A stretch of 64,000 nucleotides of DNA from Spizellomyces punctatus DAOM BR117. Taxonomy: Eukaryota. Shown here one piece after another: positions 54,619 through 64,000 of the stretch. The DNA lies in the NCBI GenBank assembly GCA_000182565.2, contig KQ257455.1; one strand, 5' to 3'. The position numbers and the translations under genes were made by a program. Every line of letters begins with the position of its first letter. Within the stretch, counting starts at the first letter, position 1. A model generated the notes under the pieces. It made no database searches, had not been told where the DNA came from, and saw only the letters and a program-made list of their open reading frames with translations.

Positions 54619-54760
54619 GGCTTACGTCTCGGTTGGGGAGGTGCCTCCAGGTTCAACATGAGCGAGATCAGCTTTGACATTCCATTACCATGGCAACGAG
54701 CTCAACATCAATCCAGATGTGCTTGGACGATCCTTTGTGTGCGCTCTGCCCTGCTCGAAG

Positions 54761-55893
54761 ATGGCAGCCATATTGGGCGCATACTCGCGGTTTTTAACAA
54801 ATTGGTACGTTCCTTTCCCTTTCTCTGTGCCGTACTTGAAGTGGGAGTGTTATTTCCTAGGGTTTTCTTAAAGTCGAGAAGGCTGACCCCGTTTTTGTTT
54901 GCAGGCGCTATACTTCGCAATCTCTCACTGCTGGGACTCTTTGGTAGCCGCCCTTTTATCTAAATGTGTAGTTATCGAATGTTGGGTACTCAGATATTTT
55001 ATGCTTCAGGTTTGCGGGTGATCTGATCAGTCAGAAGCTTGTGGAGGGAGACCAAAAGGAACACCTGCGCAGGGAAGCTGACCGCGAAAAAGGGTCACTT
55101 GAACACACTGAGAGACCGGGACGATGGGAAGCATGGGGGGTTGATTGGAGAAGAGTGTTAACAATGACATCTTTCGGAGTATGTTTCGCTGGTCCTCTGT
55201 GAGTGTTCGTATCTAGGAAATCGCGGACTTGACATCAAGTGGCACTTTATTCAAGATATCTTTTCGTTTTTTCAGATATACTTTTTGGTATAGATTGTTA
55301 GACGACAAAATTGTCGGGTACTTTGAGAGAATGGTATGCTAGTATATATTACGCGACCATAACCGACAAGTGGAAGTTCGGCGAGCCTGACAACAAATTG
55401 TAGGTGAAACGAAAGATCCAATCAACCACAACTTTAAACGTACCGAAAAGTAACCTCAAATGGAAGATCGCATTGACAAAAGGTGACGCCGGTCATACCA
55501 CTGATATTGATGATCGTATCAACTGATTGGCAAAGCTTTTCCATCGTGGTAATCAGTGGTTGCCGATATGGTCATTTTTGACCCGCCATTTCTCGGATTC
55601 TTCTTCATCAGCACACACCTTTTGTCTGGGTACTCATTCCAATCGGGTGTAGAACAGATGAAGCGGGACGTGCTTCCCACTTATGCTGTGGACGTTGCCG
55701 TATGGACGCCAATCCAACTGGTCAATTTCAGATGGATTCCAGTTTTATACCAACCAGTATGTGCTTAGTGTTTCATACGTAAATGATAGCAAATCTAACA
55801 TGGAATATTGATCAGGTGGTCGTGAATTCTGTCAACGTGGGATGGAATGCGTATCTAAGTTATGTTAAGCATCGTGACGAGAAGCTGCCGTGA
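54761..55893 (+). CDS. Mpv17/PMP22 family membrane protein, multi-exon
   Basis: GDLISQ, DWRR....FG..F.GP...WY..LD, DMVIFDP, VWTPIQLVNFRWIP...V.NSV..GWNAYLS. Confidence 0.9.
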
Positions 55894-56072
55894 GATGTTC
55901 TTGCCGCCCTCGTCAACTAGCGTCCCCCAGGGGAATTGTACAGCATTATTTATTTTTTATTTGTCGGGGTTACGTACGGAATGCGGGTTGGAGATTAATA
56001 GATCCCTTAGAGATTCATTCCCATTGATATTGTATTTGTTACGCACTTCTCGGTCACTGTTCTCTTACCTTA

Positions 56073-57536
56073 CTACATCGCACGCTCCTTCTTTTGCTCC
56101 CTCTCACGCGATGGTGTCCATGCTTTGACTTCCCGTAGCGTCTTGTTTGGAGTCCTCGCACTGCCTTTGTCAGCCGGTTCAGATATGTTGTGATTGCTGA
56201 AACAGACGAACCACATTTGCTTTACGCGGGTTTCCCAAACCGTGCCTTTCATCATAATTGTTAGGGCGCAGGCAGCAACGGCGGTGACTCCCATCAATAC
56301 GAGAGTTGCAAACCAGAAACCGTACGCCTTAACAAGGGCCACCATCAGGCCAATCGCGATTGTAATGATCCCCCAGATGATACTGCTCAACCGTGCTTCA
56401 TCCGCCCACCAAGGATTGTTCTCTTTCCCGTATCGCGTCCGCCACGTTCTCAACGAATCGCCCCTTTCCTTCCTCCACATCCTAATGGCATGTCTCCCTG
56501 CCCGAGTTTCGCGCAATTCCTTCACTTTTTCGGCCAGTGATTTTGGCAGCTCACTTAACGAAGGCACTGACATGCCTAAGCGGGTAGCATAGGAATCCTT
56601 CTGAGGGTTGGGAAACAAAATGGGAATACAATGGGACGCAAACGATATGTCTGCTGCTGTAAGCTTTGGTCCGCATATGTAGGGCTCTTTTCCTCTTGGT
56701 ACCGATGCGCTTTGCTTTTCCAGCACTTGCTCAACTTTGGAAAATACTTGGCTCACTTCGTTTAGCGCATTGAGCAATGCTCGGTGAGAACCTATCCCGA
56801 ACCATGATTTCATGACTAGACGAATTATGGGCCAGGCTACCGCGTACGCTGCTCGCCACGGTTTCAAGTGTACCGTTTCGATCAGATACTTCCTTGCCAG
56901 CCTATGGTCATTGAGGACCACGTGCAAGAATATGTGGCGTGCAGCAGGTGCTAGTAAGGTATCATACATTGTCTGAAAGTCTAGTGCGTCTGGAGGGGTG
57001 TAAAGGCGGAGTGTCGTGGAGAGGGAATGAGCGAACAGCCAGGTAAAAATGTCCACGGGTGAGCGTCGAAAGATCTGCAGATATTGTGATGGGAAGGCCC
57101 AGCCGTTGGTTGTACTGCTCTCTAAAAATGTGAAATCACGGCAGGGCTACCTCTCCTTTGCCGGATCTAAAGATCGGGACGTTCACTTGCTGGTCTTTTG
57201 GCATCGGTTGTGAAAACCCGAAAGTCGCCCATATATGTCCCCCCCAAGGATAGTTGTCCTCTATGTATGTAACACCATGTCGATCCAATGCCCATCGCAC
57301 AGCTTCTGTATGTTTTATGACAATGTGGTTCAGTTTATTGCGCTGGTACGCAGCTGCGACTCGAAGCCCCTACCACAATATGTGTCCCATGGTACGGTTA
57401 TCAACAATCCCTTTGGCTTTGTTTCGTCTGTTGCAAGCGTCTTGAACCTTAGAGCAGCTGCGACACTTTCTCTATCGTCCTCATCAGATGAAGAATACTC
57501 CTCGAGGTTATCCCACTTATCGTAATTGATACCCAT
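56073..57536 (-). CDS. Glutathione S-transferase-like protein with C-terminal TM helices, 2 introns
   Basis: GST-N LITVPWDTYC/EAVRWALDRHG...VPI; GST-C YICG.KLTAADISFAS; two hydrophobic helices near the C-terminus. Confidence 0.78.
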
Positions 57537-58374
57537 ATTTTCGTGACCAGGAAGTGGAAGGGAGCGGAGCGCGAAGACGCGATCCCCATCATTATTTGCT
57601 TACGAAATACAGTACGCTGGTTTGCAAGCACTTTGATAAATTCTGGTAAAGTTGCTTTTCAGTGTTTCCAGATACTTTCTTGGCGAACTGCAAGGGCGGT
57701 AACTGCATTGCGAGTGGTGGGGAAGCTTTACAGCATTTGGTTGTCATCTGAACTAGTGCTAGCCATAGGTTGCACCACGCATTACGCCAATGCGTTTGAT
57801 ACCAAGTACTCCAGCATCATCAGTTCCATCGTCTCCAAGGTCTGCCTTTCCCAAAGCTCCAATGGGTGATGCCATTCCACCCTCACATTATTGGATTTTT
57901 CGCTTTTCTGGAGGTCAATTTGATACCGCCAGGAATGTTGACCACACAAAAGAGTGCTGCAACGAACAAACCTCATGCAGCGTGCATCTTGATGGATAGA
58001 AATCAATTCGCGGCGGATGGTAATCGTTCCTTCGCGGTAGGAGGGTTTTCCAGATTCCCCTGCTCCGAACAATACTTGAGAGCCTGTGCTTATTGAATTA
58101 TCGTTCAATCATGTCCAGCTGGAGGGTTAGTCGCGCGACAGGAACTGTTGCTACGGTAACCCACTGATGACACTGCATGACAGCTTTGCCAGCACTGCTG
58201 GAACTCGGCTTGGGTGCCCAACCTGGTCTTTTCTCGCCCCATCCCGCAACCAGTGCAACAAAGCCGATAGCGTAGCGTAGTGCCCGAGCAGCGTGAAGAT
58301 GCAAAACAGGAACTTGTTCGTTACCCTCGAAACGTAAGCTTTTTGGATATTGAGTGCCATGGTAATTTCGGTGT

Positions 58375-60534
58375 ATGAAGGTAACAGTAACCCACTCATA
58401 TTATCTGACTGTCTTTGCAAAGTTTATAGCTGCGAGCACCTCGCGGTCGGCCAATTTTACGGCGTCGGCACTTCGGTGTAGGTGGTCTCAAACGCTCACT
58501 ACTCGGGATGCCGCGCTATCCGGGGTGGAGAGAAGGCAGTTTATAACGAATTGTTATTGGCTCTATAATGCCTCGCCGAGAAGGAAATCTGATCAAGGGT
58601 ATCACACATTGCGAGGAGACGCGACCCGACAAACGGTAAAGACTTCTCGTTTCGAAAGGCGACGGCTAGGATGGGATTCAAATCCGGACATTAACCGGCT
58701 CAACGAAGCTATCAACCGCGGCGATGCCTTTGAGAGCATGGAGGCGTTTGTTGAAATTGCCGATAGGCCAACGGGAGTGCAATCTATGCCAGCAGCCACT
58801 CTCCAACGTCTCCTGGAGCTTCTGGCTTTCCAGAGGAAAACGGATTTCAATACAAGGAGGTCATGGATGGCCCAAGTCTTCCCACCGGTATGGAGCACCT
58901 TTAAGCGCATGATTGCACAGAAAGAGCATCCCCCATACGAACTATGTGCAGCGCTCTTGACTGGGCTCTATGTATACCCAAACCGCGAGGTGGACAAGGT
59001 TCAGTGTACACTAGAGGTCTGGGAGTACATGAAAGCTGCGGATTTCGTGCGACTAATTGACACCAGCGTTGGTTGTACTGTCATCACTCTTCTCATGAAA
59101 ACTGGGCATGGGCACGAATATTTCGAAGAGATGAAGACTCACGGATACGCTACTGATCTGCGTTCATACGAGACACTAGTCAAAGCGTGTTGCGATGTCA
59201 ATGATTTCTCAAAAGCTGCAGAATACCTGGATATTGTGGAGGAAGAAGGACTAGCTATCAACTCGAGAGTTTACAACTATCTCATGAAAGGGCTGTCGAA
59301 AGGTGCATTTTGGAAGGCCGTGCTTGACCTCAAAAGGCGCATGGACGCAGCTGGTGTGAGAGCAAACAGTTTTACGTATACCATTATTTTGAATGCTAGC
59401 GCGGAACTTCATGGCCTTGACATGACCGAAACCATCGCAGAAGAAATGGAACTGGAAGGAGAGAGCTTGGATCAATTCCACTATGGAACACTCGTGAAAG
59501 CTGCAGGGAGAGATGATAATGTCGAAAGAGCTGAATATTGGTATAACAAGATGCGTGAGGCTGGGTTTCCTCCAAGCGGAAAGGTGATCAACTCGTTAAT
59601 GGCTGTGAACTGTCGCGTACGAGACATGGATCGTTCCGAAGAGCTCTTCAATGAAATGCCGAGATACAACGTCAAACCCACGAATATGCATTATTACAAC
59701 ATGATAGCAGGGTACATCAACAGTAGGAATGATGACAAAGCTTCATTCTGGCTTGAAAAGGTGCTCAAGGACGGCATCGTAGTGGAAGACAGCAATTCCC
59801 CTTTCACCCCATTTATTCAGCGTTACCTGCATCAGGACGATGATGAGAGCGCGCGAAAGATCCTCGATCTGATAAAGCGAGAACCTGAGCTACTGGGGAA
59901 GTCAGACACTCCATTCGTGACGTTTATGAGCTATTACGGAAAACGCAACCTGCAAGCGATGCTAGACTGCTTCCAGGAAGTTATTGATGCTGGCTTGGCC
60001 CCGTCACCCAATTCGTTTAACACGATCATGGCAGCTTATGCGAATCTTGGTAAAGTGGAGGATGCTGAAAATTGGCATAAGAGAAAGATTAAGGCTGGGC
60101 ATGCGGAAGACCAAATTGGATTGGCTGTCCTAATGACAGCCTATCGTAAAGCTAAGCGATGGGATGATGGGTACACGATCTGGAAGCGATTACGGGGGTC
60201 CGATGTCTTATTACGCGAAGAGACAGTAACTATCTTTATCAAGTTGTGCAACCAGTGCAAGCAGCTGGAGACCATGCGAGAAGAAGTCATTTCGTTGGCG
60301 ACAGACTCGTATGAATTTACGCCGGAGAACTTTAAAGCTATGGTCTTCGCGTACGGTGATAATAACGATATAGAATCAGCGCTACGTGTGCTACTGGAGC
60401 TGATGCCACGAAAAGACAATGAGCATTTTGCGGAAGCTGGCATGTACGTTGCTCAATTGCTTGACAAGGCCGAGAATCACGACGAAGCAAGAAGGCTTCG
60501 GAGGTTAGCGATGTTGCATTCCAATAGATCTTGA
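58375..60534 (+). CDS. Pentatricopeptide repeat (PPR) protein, probably mitochondrial, intronless, 719 aa
   Basis: Tandem ~35-aa repeats: SYETLVKACC...A...L..M...G, VYNYLMKG, TYTIILNA, HYGTLVKA, SFNTIMAAY; Arg-rich N-terminus. Confidence 0.92.
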   Translation: MKVTVTHSYYLTVFAKFIAASTSRSANFTASALRCRWSQTLTTRDAALSGVERRQFITNCYWLYNASPRRKSDQGYHTLRGDATRQTVKTSRFERRRLGWDSNPDINRLNEAINRGDAFESMEAFVEIADRPTGVQSMPAATLQRLLELLAFQRKTDFNTRRSWMAQVFPPVWSTFKRMIAQKEHPPYELCAALLTGLYVYPNREVDKVQCTLEVWEYMKAADFVRLIDTSVGCTVITLLMKTGHGHEYFEEMKTHGYATDLRSYETLVKACCDVNDFSKAAEYLDIVEEEGLAINSRVYNYLMKGLSKGAFWKAVLDLKRRMDAAGVRANSFTYTIILNASAELHGLDMTETIAEEMELEGESLDQFHYGTLVKAAGRDDNVERAEYWYNKMREAGFPPSGKVINSLMAVNCRVRDMDRSEELFNEMPRYNVKPTNMHYYNMIAGYINSRNDDKASFWLEKVLKDGIVVEDSNSPFTPFIQRYLHQDDDESARKILDLIKREPELLGKSDTPFVTFMSYYGKRNLQAMLDCFQEVIDAGLAPSPNSFNTIMAAYANLGKVEDAENWHKRKIKAGHAEDQIGLAVLMTAYRKAKRWDDGYTIWKRLRGSDVLLREETVTIFIKLCNQCKQLETMREEVISLATDSYEFTPENFKAMVFAYGDNNDIESALRVLLELMPRKDNEHFAEAGMYVAQLLDKAENHDEARRLRRLAMLHSNRS

Positions 60535-60945
60535 ATGAGATTATGGGCTGGATCTCAGTGATCACGGACAGTTGTGTGCATATTCACTAGATGGATGTTA
60601 GATTTTGCAGACATCAACATATTATTCGTTTCATGCGCGGCAAATGCACTATTGTATGATAGCACAGACGTTGGTAGATGCACTCCGAACCTGATTCGTT
60701 GTCCAACAAGAAATCAATTATTTGTAACTTATCGATTGCTGCCTTAGTGGTCTTCCTATACCAAATATTCATAATACCAATACGAGACTTGAGATAAATT
60801 CAGAATCATGGCCAATGCCACGATCATGAGTTTTGATGGCTTACATAATCTGCTGAAGTAATCGACTCAGATCACCAACCTGTAGCTAACCGACCCAATG
60901 TAAACTCTGTTGACTGTTCTTCATTACACAAAATTAGTTTTCGAT

Positions 60946-64000
<3,055 letters not shown>

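Noticed and set aside
57543..58370. Short ORFs between the GST-like and PPR genes
   Set aside because: No coherent gene model or ncRNA signature; likely divergent promoter or UTR.

Overview
Gene-dense eukaryotic window with many short GT-AG introns, from a flagellated early-diverging fungus. It is chytrid-like, probably Spizellomycetales; this is inferred from DRC1 occurring alongside fungal-type PEX3/LCB2 and PRL, and the species cannot be confirmed from sequence alone. About 33 protein-coding genes are packed into tight divergent and convergent pairs. They include a METTL21-type methyltransferase, a PRL phosphatase, PEX3, a SLAC1/TehA channel, a kinesin, LCB2, RRP41, a PHD/ePHD protein, CDC16, PRI2, an M50B-like peptidase, an IPK kinase, DUF1348, an mS26-like protein, RPS15, VTA1, a Nudix hydrolase, a Gfo/Idh/MocA oxidoreductase, ARPC3, MCM4, PAM16, SKA1, ISA2, FMT1, SPT4, ICT1, CBP3, an MPV17-family protein, a GST-like protein, a PPR protein and DRC1 (cut by the window end). 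Two non-coding islands break the pattern. The first (~8.6-10.5 kb) holds a 32-bp minisatellite, dispersed CCCAATGATTG modules and a ~170-bp element with ~27-bp terminal inverted repeats. The second (~45.6-49.2 kb) holds a 66-bp minisatellite and two inverted copies of a GC-rich repeat that bracket SKA1. No rRNA, tRNA, CRISPR array or transposase ORF was recognised. Gene models were assembled by eye, so some starts and exon limits are approximate.
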